From the IMG/VR virus record IMGVR_UViG_3300044712_001838: a DNA stretch of 64,000 nt; one strand, 5' to 3'. Both the position numbers and the translations under genes were made by a program. The notes below the pieces were generated by a model. That model did not search any database and had not been told where the DNA came from. It was given only the letters and a program-made list of their open reading frames with translations. Shown here in pieces: positions 46,294 to 55,759 of the stretch (position 1 is the stretch's first letter; each line of letters begins with the position of its first letter). Source of the DNA: an uncultured virus (IMG/VR IMGVR_UViG_3300044712_001838). Its lineage: Duplodnaviria > Heunggongvirae > Uroviricota > Caudoviricetes.

Positions 46294-46896
46294 ATGTCAA
46301 TTCCAAAACGAATCCTGCGAATGTCGAATCTCTACTTACGCCGCTACTGGATGGCACTCAACGACGCCCTTGAGCGCGAAGTCGCCACCATTCCGACAAG
46401 CAGCACCGAAATCGCAAAAGACGTTGCGGACCTTGAGGAACGGCTGAAAAACGTTCCCGAAGGCGACAAGTCGTTGAAGCAGGCGCGGGAGACTGCCAAA
46501 TTCCCGAACCCCATCGTCGACAGGGTTGCCGAGTTCCAAGACCGGAAAGAGAACACCTTCCCCATTTCGTTCGAGTTGGTACAGGGCGAGAAGCTCATCA
46601 GCAGGCATTCCGTTCGTAACACTGCCGAGATGACCGAGGTTATCGAAGCCTGCGAGCGCGTTTACGGGGCGGTTGAAGCTCTCTTCCAGTACGAGCCGCT
46701 ATTCGTTGTCGGCAGCGACGGGCGTATTGCGCTGGTCCGCGCCGAGTCGTTCAGACAGGCGGCGGAACGCGGCGCGAAGGCTCTTGGCGTCAAGATGCGG
46801 GAAGATCAAGGTGTCTTCTGGCTTGGCGGCAATCCGCTTTGGTCGCGGGCGACTGTCTTGCCCGCGAACGTTGGCGAGGTCTACCGAGTCAATTAG
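46294..46896 (+). CDS. hypothetical protein (array gene)
   Basis: Motif plus GAGGAG RBS; stop inside next motif. Confidence 0.75.
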   Translation: MSIPKRILRMSNLYLRRYWMALNDALEREVATIPTSSTEIAKDVADLEERLKNVPEGDKSLKQARETAKFPNPIVDRVAEFQDRKENTFPISFELVQGEKLISRHSVRNTAEMTEVIEACERVYGAVEALFQYEPLFVVGSDGRIALVRAESFRQAAERGAKALGVKMREDQGVFWLGGNPLWSRATVLPANVGEVYRVN

Positions 46897-46942
46897 GCTC
46901 CCATTAGGAGCAGTCGAAAAACGCCGAGGGGGAGAAACGCCG

Positions 46943-47365
46943 ATGCCGAACCGAACATGGGGTCAACTCAAAGCCAAGGCTCTCAACGAGGACAAGCGCG
47001 TTCTGATGCTTGCCAAAGATGACACCATTCGGGAAGGCGACTTCCTGAACTGGTGCGACGGTACATTCATCGAAATCGACAAAGGCTCCCCCATGATCGG
47101 CAAGACGGTCAAGGACGAAAGCCCGAAGCATGACATCGCCCGTATCGTCGATCCGCTGAAAGAGCATGACTGCGTCATCACGACGCGGGGCATGATTGCC
47201 GAGGGCAAAGAATACCCCGCTGGCGTCAAATGCGTTGTTGTCCACGTCTATGGGAGCGGTCGGGTTGTTGAGGTTGAAACGACTGGAGAACCCGCTGACG
47301 GCATCCCAATCGGAATCCAAGTCCTGACAGCGCCTACCGAGTTCATAGCTCCCCGCGAGTCTTGA
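46943..47365 (+). CDS. hypothetical protein with DUF4926-like C-terminus
   Basis: LKEHDCVI...PAGVKCVVVHVYGSG..VEVE. Confidence 0.6.
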   Translation: MPNRTWGQLKAKALNEDKRVLMLAKDDTIREGDFLNWCDGTFIEIDKGSPMIGKTVKDESPKHDIARIVDPLKEHDCVITTRGMIAEGKEYPAGVKCVVVHVYGSGRVVEVETTGEPADGIPIGIQVLTAPTEFIAPRES

Positions 47366-47448
47366 GTGCAACATTGATTAGGGCTCTGAACATCGACGAT
47401 TTGGCTTAGGCTTCTATTAGGAGCAGGCGGCAAGGACGGGAGACAAAA

Positions 47449-47712
47449 ATGAACCGTTATGAAGAAATTCAAGCTCTTGCCCGAGCATTCTCTGCCAGAC
47501 TCCGCAAAGAGTTGACACCTGAGCAAATGGATGAGGTTGTCGCCCGCAACGACGCGGAACCAAATCCGAACGTTTGCCACTCCCATGACTTTTGTGACGC
47601 CAACGAGACCATGCGCGAGGCAATGCGCGACGCGAACGTTGATCCGACAGACGACGATCTATGGGACAAGGCTTGGAATGAGGCAAAACTTTACGGGTTC
47701 GACTTCTGTTAG
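47449..47712 (+). CDS. hypothetical protein (array gene)
   Basis: Motif plus GGGAG RBS; CHSHDFCDAN. Confidence 0.75.
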   Translation: MNRYEEIQALARAFSARLRKELTPEQMDEVVARNDAEPNPNVCHSHDFCDANETMREAMRDANVDPTDDDLWDKAWNEAKLYGFDFC

Positions 47713-47719
47713 GAACAAC

Positions 47720-48154
47720 ATGGAAAAGAAAGCCGCTATTGTCTGGTTCAACGAGCATCAACGGCAAGAAGCCGAGAATAAATGGCTCCAAGAACAAAGC
47801 GCAAAACCCGTCTTCCGTAAAGCAGCCGACTACATCGCCGCCTTCTGTCATGGGACTGATCGCCATGGGCAAGATAACGCGCATTGGAGCGCGTCCGTAA
47901 TCAAGGCTGACACCCAACTTGAAGGAACGAATCTGTTTATCCCCGCAGACGGGATTTTTCCGGGCGGATATGTTCACGCCTACCTTCGGATCTGGAAGGG
48001 GAATGTAACGGTTGTTGTCTATGACGGCGACGACTTCTACTATGGGAAGCAAGTTGAGGACGTTGCCGCAGGTATCGCGGAACTCGAAAACTTGGAAAAG
48101 CTGGCTCCGTTTCATCAGTGTCAACTGAAAATGTTCGGATACGGTCCTGATTAG
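47720..48154 (+). CDS. hypothetical protein (array gene)
   Basis: AGGA RBS; stop inside next motif. Confidence 0.75.
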   Translation: MEKKAAIVWFNEHQRQEAENKWLQEQSAKPVFRKAADYIAAFCHGTDRHGQDNAHWSASVIKADTQLEGTNLFIPADGIFPGGYVHAYLRIWKGNVTVVVYDGDDFYYGKQVEDVAAGIAELENLEKLAPFHQCQLKMFGYGPD

Positions 48155-48182
48155 GCTTTCGTTAGGAGCAGGCGAATCAACC

Positions 48183-48380
48183 ATGAGCGACAAAGACAAC
48201 AACACTCATTGCGAATGCTCCGAATGCGGGACGGTTACCAACTGCGTTATCAGCGATCGCGGGCGCCCGCTCTGTTTCGATTGCGGGCATGAAGAAGCAA
48301 CGCGGCAAATGAAAGCGGACGCGCCAGGGGTTTGGCCGGATTGGGCTGACAAGATCAAAGATTACAAACCAACAGTGTAA
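48183..48380 (+). CDS. small Zn-finger-like protein (leaderless array gene)
   Basis: CSECG...LCFDC; ATG at +21. Confidence 0.7.
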   Translation: MSDKDNNTHCECSECGTVTNCVISDRGRPLCFDCGHEEATRQMKADAPGVWPDWADKIKDYKPTV

Positions 48381-48486
48381 AGCAGGCGACTGGTGTAAGG
48401 GTCCAGAGCGACCAGACTTCGAGGAACCTTACCGCAAGGGCAGCGTCAGGGCTGAATCGGTCACCTGCCCAAGATTAGAGGGGAAC

Positions 48487-49083
48487 ATGGCTAAAAAGAA
48501 CAACGAAATCGCCCGCTGGTTCGTCAACGGTCAATTCAACGGCAAGGCGAAAGACACCGACGAAGTCATTGACGAAGCCGGAGAGATCCTTGACGCGCAT
48601 TGCGCGCATGAGATTGCGGGCAATCCCATCTTCATGCTCAAGGACGGCAGGGTATTTACTGCGGAAACGCAGATCATCCTTGTCGAAGCCGATCCCGAGT
48701 TCGTCTTTCAGAACATCGAGCTTCAGGCAGGCGAATGGGAATTCAACGGGGAAGAGGTCCTCGACATCCTCCGCAAGAATGACGAGGGCGCAAACTGTTT
48801 AGAGGACGAGGTTTCCCTGTGCGCCTTCCTCTCTCGCCCTGCGAACGGCAACATCGAAATGACACTCGAAGACGCTGCGACGCTGATGGCTGACCTTCGC
48901 CGCCTGCAACCGCTGTATCAGGCGACCAAGCCCTGTGCGCGCTGCGGCAGCAGCTTGGAGAATGGCAAGTGCCGCGACCAGACTTGCCCCTTCAACGACC
49001 ATGACCAAGACTGTCCGGCAGGCTGGACGGGACATCCCGACCATCCCGGCGACCATGCCTGCAAGTGCAAGAAACGCCGTTAG
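48487..49083 (+). CDS. hypothetical protein with Cys/His-rich C-terminus
   Basis: GAGGGG RBS; CARCG..C..TCPF..H..C; stop inside next motif. Confidence 0.8.
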   Translation: MAKKNNEIARWFVNGQFNGKAKDTDEVIDEAGEILDAHCAHEIAGNPIFMLKDGRVFTAETQIILVEADPEFVFQNIELQAGEWEFNGEEVLDILRKNDEGANCLEDEVSLCAFLSRPANGNIEMTLEDAATLMADLRRLQPLYQATKPCARCGSSLENGKCRDQTCPFNDHDQDCPAGWTGHPDHPGDHACKCKKRR

Positions 49084-49487
49084 GCTTCTGTTAGGAGCAG
49101 GCGGGGATACCATGAGCGCGAGGAAAAGAAGAAACAAAAAATGTCCTCTTTGCGGCAAGGCTGGCGCGAACTGTTTCGTAGCCTTGAACAGCCGCCAAGC
49201 CGCACGATTAAAGCAAAACCATGCAACGATTTGCTTTGATTGCGCTACCCGCTCTGAAAGCCGTTAGGAGGTCCCATGTTGCTAATTGTGAGATTGTTGG
49301 CGAAAGACCCTACGAACGATCCCGAGCAGATCAGTCGCCTGCAACGGGCGGCGGCAGGGGCGCAAGCGTCGGTACAAGCCCTGGATGACACCCTGGCTGC
49401 GGTCAAGGGTATCCTGGGCGATACAAGTCTCTCGCCCGAAGAGAAGATCAAGAAATTAGGCTCCCGTTAGGAGCAGGCGTTCAAGGC

Positions 49488-49745
49488 ATGGATAAGATCA
49501 AACTCGTCGCCTTCTACATTGCGCTGTGCGAGAAGCTGGCGATAGAGTTCGAGGGCAACCCGTTCCGGCATACCGTTCAAGAGTTGCGGAAACTGGTTCG
49601 GGAATTGAGAATGAGGGCTGGCAACGCGGCGGAGATCCGAGAAGCCGCCTTGAGACAGGGAAGCAAGCCCTTGCTGCAAGCCATGCTCTACCTTCCCCCG
49701 CAACAGGGCATTGACCCGTTGCACTTCTTTGGAGCAAACCGATGA
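49488..49745 (+). CDS. hypothetical protein (leaderless array gene)
   Basis: ATG at +21. Confidence 0.7.
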   Translation: MDKIKLVAFYIALCEKLAIEFEGNPFRHTVQELRKLVRELRMRAGNAAEIREAALRQGSKPLLQAMLYLPPQQGIDPLHFFGANR

Positions 49746-50164
49746 AAGCCTGTTACGACCGCGAAGAAACGATCCAATTTGACCCGAAGCCCGTTACGAC
49801 TTACGGCTTCTACGTCATCTTGGGTAACGACAGCTTTACCATCGACGGGTTCAAGACTCGCGAGGCGCGCAAGGGCTACGTTCAGGACATCGCGGAGAAA
49901 CTGAACGAATTGGCACCCAAAGCCGCTGCCAAGCTGGAGAACGCAATCGACATCATCGCCGCCTGCACGTTGCGCGTCGAATCGGGCGAGGACGAGGACG
50001 ATACCGCTTTCGATTGCGCTTGGGACATTCTAAGCGAGGGAGCAGACGAGGAAGGCGATACCATCAACAACGGGCATGACTTCTTCGACCGCGTCTTCCA
50101 GAACGACAACGGCTTGCGCAGCGTCGCCGCCGAAGCTCTTGCAAAGGATTCAAAGGCGGCATAA
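49742..50164 (+). CDS. acidic hypothetical protein
   Basis: GGAG RBS, ATGA coupling. Confidence 0.75.
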   Translation: MKACYDREETIQFDPKPVTTYGFYVILGNDSFTIDGFKTREARKGYVQDIAEKLNELAPKAAAKLENAIDIIAACTLRVESGEDEDDTAFDCAWDILSEGADEEGDTINNGHDFFDRVFQNDNGLRSVAAEALAKDSKAA

Positions 50165-50171
50165 GATCATA

Positions 50172-50273
50172 TGGCGGCAGGACTTGGGGCAAAACGAGTC
50201 CTATCGGGTAAAGGCGAGAATACGGATTTGCCTCCGGTTCGCCTGTGCGTGGGTTCGATTCCCCGCGCCGCCA
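50172..50273 (+). ncRNA. tRNA-like RNA (non-canonical)
   Basis: TGGCGGC/GCCGCCA closing stem, GGGTTCGATTCCC T-arm, AGGACT/AGTCCT and AGGCGA/TCGCCT arms; no standard anticodon arm. Confidence 0.6.
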
Positions 50274-50339
50274 GCCCGATTAGTGTCATTCGTCTTAGGA
50301 CTCCGTTAGGAGCAGGCGACCTAACAGGGAGAAAACACC

Positions 50340-50606
50340 ATGAAGATTTGGATTCGAGTAGGCGACGGTGGGGAATATCAAGATTGCGGCGGTTTGCCGA
50401 TTGACACCGTTTTCATTGCCAAGATTTTGAAAGACGCTGGCGTAAAGGCGTTTACAGCCTGCAAGGGCGGCATCAAGTCCAAAGACTTCAAGGGCAAGAA
50501 CTATATCAGCCTCTATTGGGGCGACATCAAAGCCAACCATTGTTGGGACCTTAAACGCAAGAGCTTGACCGAGATCCGCAAAGTCCTCAAGAGAATGGCA
50601 GATTAG
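50340..50606 (+). CDS. hypothetical protein (array gene)
   Basis: Motif plus GGGAG RBS; stop inside next motif. Confidence 0.75.
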   Translation: MKIWIRVGDGGEYQDCGGLPIDTVFIAKILKDAGVKAFTACKGGIKSKDFKGKNYISLYWGDIKANHCWDLKRKSLTEIRKVLKRMAD

Positions 50607-50634
50607 GACTCCGTTAGGAGCAGTCTACTCTACC

Positions 50635-50925
50635 ATGGAACCGAAACGATACGAGACTTGGACGCTGATCGACTGGGACGGAAATCCGGCATTGAAACTC
50701 CAGTGCTGGCGCAAGTCTTTCCGGCATGGTCATGTTTCCATTGGCGTTGGCAATTGTCACATAATTTGCTATTCCTACGGCGCGAACTCGGACGCATCTC
50801 TTTCTAGCACCCGCGCCCGCTGGCAATACGGACTGGCAGACTTAACAGAACAAGAAGCGATGGACATGGTCGACCGCAACGATGGTCGCCACAATCATCG
50901 CGACATCGTTCGCGGACCAGCTTAG
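50635..50925 (+). CDS. hypothetical protein (leaderless array gene)
   Basis: ATG at +21; stop inside next motif. Confidence 0.75.
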   Translation: MEPKRYETWTLIDWDGNPALKLQCWRKSFRHGHVSIGVGNCHIICYSYGANSDASLSSTRARWQYGLADLTEQEAMDMVDRNDGRHNHRDIVRGPA

Positions 50926-51166
50926 GACTCCGTTAGGAGCAGGCGAGCTTATCATGGAACAGAGCCGCAAACGAATCCCATTCAAGCAACTCCAAGACGG
51001 CAAACGCTTTACGTTCGCCTATTCATATACAGGCGGCAAGAAGCGCGGGCGCGGGTACATGACCAACAACAACCGTTGGGTCGAACAGAAAGACATGAGC
51101 GAACTGGTAGACCCGTTGTAGAGGCAACCATGACACCCCGAACACTCTCGCTACTCAAGGGAGGCA

Positions 51167-51427
51167 ATGATGGAATTTGGGCAGATTTTGGAAGTTGAAG
51201 ACTCGATGAGTGAGGCTAACGTTTTTGTCGGCATATCCGGCGAACGGGCAATGGCTGATGCGTACATGACAACTTGCGAACCAAAGGCGTTGGAAGCCTG
51301 GTTCAAAAGCAACCCCTTCCCTCTCGACATTCTGAAGGGTTGTTGCGAGTATTGGAAAACGAATGTCAACGTTGGACCGCCATTGAAGATTGCGGCGATT
51401 TTGATGGAACGTTGGATGGTAGCCTAG
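51167..51427 (+). CDS. hypothetical protein
   Basis: GGGAGG RBS. Confidence 0.65.
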   Translation: MMEFGQILEVEDSMSEANVFVGISGERAMADAYMTTCEPKALEAWFKSNPFPLDILKGCCEYWKTNVNVGPPLKIAAILMERWMVA

Positions 51428-51472
51428 AGTGTCAACGGGCTTAGGTGTCCGTTAGGAGCAGGCGACTTTACC

Positions 51473-51703
51473 ATGAAAACATTCGAGCTTGACGGTAAGA
51501 AGTATCCGTACGACGATAACACCAAGTTTCGGACGGAAGTTGGGCGCGGCGACGGTCCCTACAACGACATTCGCTATACCTGCCCGACCCCGCAACAGGC
51601 ATGGATGTGGTACAGCGGCGTCAACATCGGGAACGGCTACAAGAAACGCTTCGTAATGATTCGCGGAGCCAAACGGACGATCTTGAACAAGGTAACGTCT
51701 TAG
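51473..51703 (+). CDS. hypothetical protein (leaderless array gene)
   Basis: ATG at +21. Confidence 0.75.
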   Translation: MKTFELDGKKYPYDDNTKFRTEVGRGDGPYNDIRYTCPTPQQAWMWYSGVNIGNGYKKRFVMIRGAKRTILNKVTS

Positions 51704-51714
51704 GAAGACACCAA

Positions 51715-52062
51715 ATGAACGATCCTCTCGCGAAACCGCTGGCAAAGAAGTATGTCGCCATGAACCCTGAAGAGTTCAAAGGTCGCCCGATTGACTGGAC
51801 GGACCTTGAGCGCATCTTTAACAACTGGATCGAACGCCTGCGCAAGAAGCCCGAGAATGCCCTTGCCGTCGGCGCGGGGAACTGGTGCGGCAAAGTAACC
51901 CGCGCCTACTTCGCCATGTTCGGCGCGAAATGCCCCAAGAAGAAGGCAGACATCGTTACAGGGGCAATCGCCCTGATTGACACTCCCCCGCTGCGCGACG
52001 AGCATCCGGACTGCGGACAGGACAACGAAGCCGCCTACCAAGCGGCGATTAACAAAGGTTAG
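51715..52062 (+). CDS. hypothetical protein (array gene)
   Basis: AGGAAG RBS; stop inside next motif. Confidence 0.7.
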   Translation: MNDPLAKPLAKKYVAMNPEEFKGRPIDWTDLERIFNNWIERLRKKPENALAVGAGNWCGKVTRAYFAMFGAKCPKKKADIVTGAIALIDTPPLRDEHPDCGQDNEAAYQAAINKG

Positions 52063-52109
52063 GCTTCTGTTAGGAGCAGTCGCCTCCAACAGGCTAAGGA
52101 GATTCAAGC

Positions 52110-52940
52110 ATGAAGGTTGAGAACATTCTGAGAAATGAAGTCATGTTGGATGTCACCGGAGAGCCGCGCGTCGGACCCCATACCGGACGCGGACTCCTGA
52201 ACATCCTCGACGTTTGCGGCTACGACCCAGCAGGCAACGCTTGGCTCGAAGTCCTGAACGAGAAGCTGGTCCGCCTGTTCTACCGCTTCGACGCAAACTC
52301 GCTGGAGAATGGCGGCGGGTTCTGCGCGGTCCGCATCCAGACCGACTTCATCAAGCCCTACCTCGAAGTACTTGAACACCGGACTGGCTGCAAGGACATT
52401 GAAGTCGCCATCGAGAACGTCGTCGGTGTCTTCCATACCCATATCGCTGAAACCGCCATGCTTCGCAATGGGATACTGGAGGTCGACGGTGTCGCGAATG
52501 TGTACCCGTACAGCGGCGAGAAGCTGACCGCCTCCGAGTTCGAGAAGCGCGCGGCGATGTCGCTTGCCAAGCAGATTGAAGACCGCTTGGGCGAGACACA
52601 GCTTGAACGCGAGTTCATTCCGGCTGGCGACAGCAATCTCTACAAACCGAACCCCAAATACGCAACGGGACAGCACAAAATCGTCCCGCACGCAAAGAAC
52701 GAAGCCGTCTGGCAGGAAATCTTCAAGGCATGGGCGTTCAAGCAGGCGACCGAAGCCCAAATGGACCTCCTGCGCCGCTACGACCGCGTCTACAAGCAGA
52801 AAAGCGATTACCCCTCGCTGCTGGACGGACATGGTTTTCACATCGACGGATACACGAAGTTCGTCAAATGGGAAGACTTCCTTGTCGGCAAAGTCTCTAT
52901 TCCGGAGCAGAAGCCATGCGCGAATGGAGCTACCGCCTGA
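52110..52940 (+). CDS. hypothetical protein (array gene)
   Basis: Motif plus AAGGAG RBS, 276 aa. Confidence 0.8.
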   Translation: MKVENILRNEVMLDVTGEPRVGPHTGRGLLNILDVCGYDPAGNAWLEVLNEKLVRLFYRFDANSLENGGGFCAVRIQTDFIKPYLEVLEHRTGCKDIEVAIENVVGVFHTHIAETAMLRNGILEVDGVANVYPYSGEKLTASEFEKRAAMSLAKQIEDRLGETQLEREFIPAGDSNLYKPNPKYATGQHKIVPHAKNEAVWQEIFKAWAFKQATEAQMDLLRRYDRVYKQKSDYPSLLDGHGFHIDGYTKFVKWEDFLVGKVSIPEQKPCANGATA

Positions 52941-53308
52941 CACCAACAGGCTACATGATCCTTCTCGACGGCAAGAGCGTCGGCGGAGCCTCCAGACCGG
53001 AGACTCCGTCTGTCGTTTTGACCCACCTCGCAAAGAGGATGGTCGAACGCTGCGACGCCCTCGACCAGATCCAGCCGTACCAGGACGCCGACATCTGGCG
53101 ATGGTTCGCCCGAGTGTCAAGTCTCTTAGGCTCCCGTTAGGAGCAGGCGATAGTTACATGGAAACGCCGACGAAGCCGATTATTGTCTATCATGGGGATG
53201 GAGACTGCTTGGAGATTACTCCAGAAGAAGCGTCATTTTTCCATTTGAAACATGAGGACAAAATCTATGACGACGCTTTAGAGGCTCTGCGAAAGAGGAG
53301 AAACGCCG

Positions 53309-53527
53309 ATGGCTAAATTCAAAGTTCCAGTTGAGAAGACGACGCGGGTTAATGGCGTCATTGAAGTCGAAGCCAAGGACGCGCAAGACGCCGTCAAGAA
53401 GGTCCGTGCCGGAATGAACGACGGCAGCATCAAGCCGTCTGATGCCCTTTGGGATGACACTCCGCAGTCGGACGACTGTTTCGACGACGAGAGCTTCAAG
53501 ACCTACGGCGGCGCCGAAGAAGTTTAG
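53309..53527 (+). CDS. DpnD/PcfM-like small protein
   Basis: KFKVPVEKTT...IEVEAKDAQDAVKKV pattern; GAGGAG RBS. Confidence 0.55.
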   Translation: MAKFKVPVEKTTRVNGVIEVEAKDAQDAVKKVRAGMNDGSIKPSDALWDDTPQSDDCFDDESFKTYGGAEEV

Positions 53528-53568
53528 GCTCCCGTTAGGAGCAGGCGACTGTACCAGAGGAGAGCCAA

Positions 53569-53898
53569 ATGATTCTGGACATCGTTCAACCGAAAGTTTC
53601 CAACGAGAGCGCGAATGCCGCCTTCAGGCATGTTATTGCTGGCAGCGTCATTGTCGCCATCCCATGGGATACAACGCATACGGCATACTACTACGAGGGC
53701 GGTATCTACGACCGCCAGCCAAGTACGCCGCCGACGCGACAGCAGCGGGAAGAGTACGCCAAGATTGCAGCGGGGCGCGCAAAGGAACGTTACCCGACCG
53801 TCGCCCGCTTGGTGCTGCCGAATGACAGCATGGACGGAATGGAGGTTGTCGGTTACGTTGACACCGACGCCCGCTATGAAGTCCGGTTCATTGTTTAG
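53569..53898 (+). CDS. hypothetical protein (array gene)
   Basis: Motif plus GAGGAG RBS; stop inside next motif. Confidence 0.75.
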   Translation: MILDIVQPKVSNESANAAFRHVIAGSVIVAIPWDTTHTAYYYEGGIYDRQPSTPPTRQQREEYAKIAAGRAKERYPTVARLVLPNDSMDGMEVVGYVDTDARYEVRFIV

Positions 53899-53926
53899 GC
53901 TCCCATTAGGAGCAGTCGAAAAAGGC

Positions 53927-54376
53927 ATGAATACGAACTCGCTCTACCTCACCCTGATCCAGCGCAAAGGTCCAGTCGAGATTTCCGAAATCGACGCCCT
54001 CTTGACACAAGCTATCCTCAATGGCGTCGAAACCAACGACAAGGAAGAACCCGAGGAACAGCAAGGGGACGCAATCCTTGCCTTGATTGAAGTCTGGACC
54101 GTCTTACACCCGACCTTCAAGACCGTTACCAATTCGCCTGACAAATGGGAAGCCTGCGACAAGCATTTGGCTTTCTACCAGCAGGCGGCAAAAGAGCTTG
54201 ACTTCGACCCCGAGCAGACTTGGGACGCGCCTGAATGGCTGGAGAAGAAGGGCATTCCCTTCCCTGAGCATCTCTTGCAGTTGAGTGCCGCAGCTATGGC
54301 AAAGAAGCAAGCTGACGAAAACCGCCAGTTTGCCCAATACATGCAAGACCACCTCGCAGCCCATCAACCGTCTTAG
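53927..54376 (+). CDS. hypothetical protein (leaderless array gene)
   Basis: ATG at +21; stop inside next motif. Confidence 0.75.
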   Translation: MNTNSLYLTLIQRKGPVEISEIDALLTQAILNGVETNDKEEPEEQQGDAILALIEVWTVLHPTFKTVTNSPDKWEACDKHLAFYQQAAKELDFDPEQTWDAPEWLEKKGIPFPEHLLQLSAAAMAKKQADENRQFAQYMQDHLAAHQPS

Positions 54377-54404
54377 GCTCCCGTTAGGAGCAGTCTACTA
54401 GATC

Positions 54405-54719
54405 ATGAAACACAAAATGGTCAAATTCAAGGTCCGGATTCTGGAACACTGGTCGCCAGTGTACGAAGGCGAAGGCTATGATCGCCATGTACTCGCCTGG
54501 GTAAAGCAAGACCCGCCAAAGGTTACGGAGTTCGAGCACCAATCAGCCTGCATCAACGGACAAGTCCTCTATCGCGGCAACTTCTATACCCCCGTTGAAG
54601 GCGTCGTTACCATCGAGTACAAGGCGATGCCCATCGTCGAGCCGCCTCCCCGCTTCGATAAAAGCATGTTGCCCCTGTTGAGTGTCATGGCTCTGTTCGG
54701 GGCAACTGCCCACCGTTAG
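54405..54719 (+). CDS. hypothetical protein (leaderless array gene)
   Basis: ATG at +21; stop inside next motif. Confidence 0.75.
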   Translation: MKHKMVKFKVRILEHWSPVYEGEGYDRHVLAWVKQDPPKVTEFEHQSACINGQVLYRGNFYTPVEGVVTIEYKAMPIVEPPPRFDKSMLPLLSVMALFGATAHR

Positions 54720-55014
54720 GCTTCTGTTAGGAGCAGCACCCATGAGTAGCTACATCCCTTTTCCGGTCGGGACCGTCCGTGGTCCTTACTTTACATCTCA
54801 TGGCGGTGAAACCCATGTTCAGTTCTTGGTTAATGGCACTGGAGGATGGGTTCCGTTCAGCGGCGATTCCAGACGAGAGCGGGAAATTAGCGAGAGAGCG
54901 CATCGCTACGCAGAGCAGTTCTCCGTCGAGGTTCCGTTAGGGCATTCTTAGGAGCAGGCGACTGCTTCAGGAAACGAATTTCTGACCTTGTTTCTTTGCG
55001 GCGCGGAGTTAAAA

Positions 55015-55275
55015 ATGTCTACAGTCTTTACTCCCGAAGCCGTCGCCCGCATGGTTGCGAAAGGAACGTTCCGCAAAGTCAAGCTGGCAGACCTTGCCAA
55101 GACCGACTGCGACGAGGTTTTCTACTTTAAGTTTCCCTCAGACAGCATGATGAACGAGGTGAACGGAGACGGTGACTGGCTAGAAGTCATGGACTACGCT
55201 AAAAAGCTGGATTGGATTGACACCAACGCAGGCACCATTGAAACGACGCCCGAAACGGAGGTTTACGTAAGATGA
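55015..55275 (+). CDS. hypothetical protein (array gene)
   Basis: Motif plus GGAG RBS. Confidence 0.7.
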   Translation: MSTVFTPEAVARMVAKGTFRKVKLADLAKTDCDEVFYFKFPSDSMMNEVNGDGDWLEVMDYAKKLDWIDTNAGTIETTPETEVYVR

Positions 55276-55709
55276 ACTGGAACGATCGCAGGGTCAAAAA
55301 CTTTGCCCCACCCGAATATGCCGCCCTTTGGGGAAGCAACTCCGAAGACGGGGCACTTTTCTACAACTACGCGGTTGAGAAAAACAACCCCGATTTCTTG
55401 CGGAAGTTCATCCCCGCGATTGAGCGCATGATCGCCAACGTCGTCCAGACACGCGCAACTTCTCCCGAGGTTTTCGGTCGCTACGACGTTGACGATTTGA
55501 AGCTGCTTTTGGAGTACGTCCGGCGCGAAGCCAACATCGTCGTCATCCGGCGCGTTGTTGCCGAGCGGCTGCAAAACGTCTACAACGTCGCCATCGAGCC
55601 GCACGAGAACGATGAACTGTCGCCCAGCGACCAAGCTGAAGTTGACGAGTTCCGGCAGGCTTGGAAGGGCATCGAGCAGAAGCTCTTGGACGAGTGCAAG
55701 ATCGCTTAG
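55272..55709 (+). CDS. hypothetical protein (array gene)
   Basis: GGAGG RBS, ATGA coupling; stop inside next motif. Confidence 0.75.
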   Translation: MNWNDRRVKNFAPPEYAALWGSNSEDGALFYNYAVEKNNPDFLRKFIPAIERMIANVVQTRATSPEVFGRYDVDDLKLLLEYVRREANIVVIRRVVAERLQNVYNVAIEPHENDELSPSDQAEVDEFRQAWKGIEQKLLDECKIA

Positions 55710-55759
55710 GCTTTCATTAGGAGCAGTCGCCTGTAGTAACGAAAGGAGGGCAAACAACC

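Noticed and set aside
50172..50273. Canonical tRNA gene
   Set aside because: No standard D-arm or 7-nt anticodon loop at the proper spacing; reported as tRNA-like instead.
39613..53120. AGTGTCAA read as an antisense sigma70 -35 (TTGACA)
   Set aside because: In the three copies checked (39613, 40459, 53113) there is no convincing -10 at 16-18 bp on that strand.
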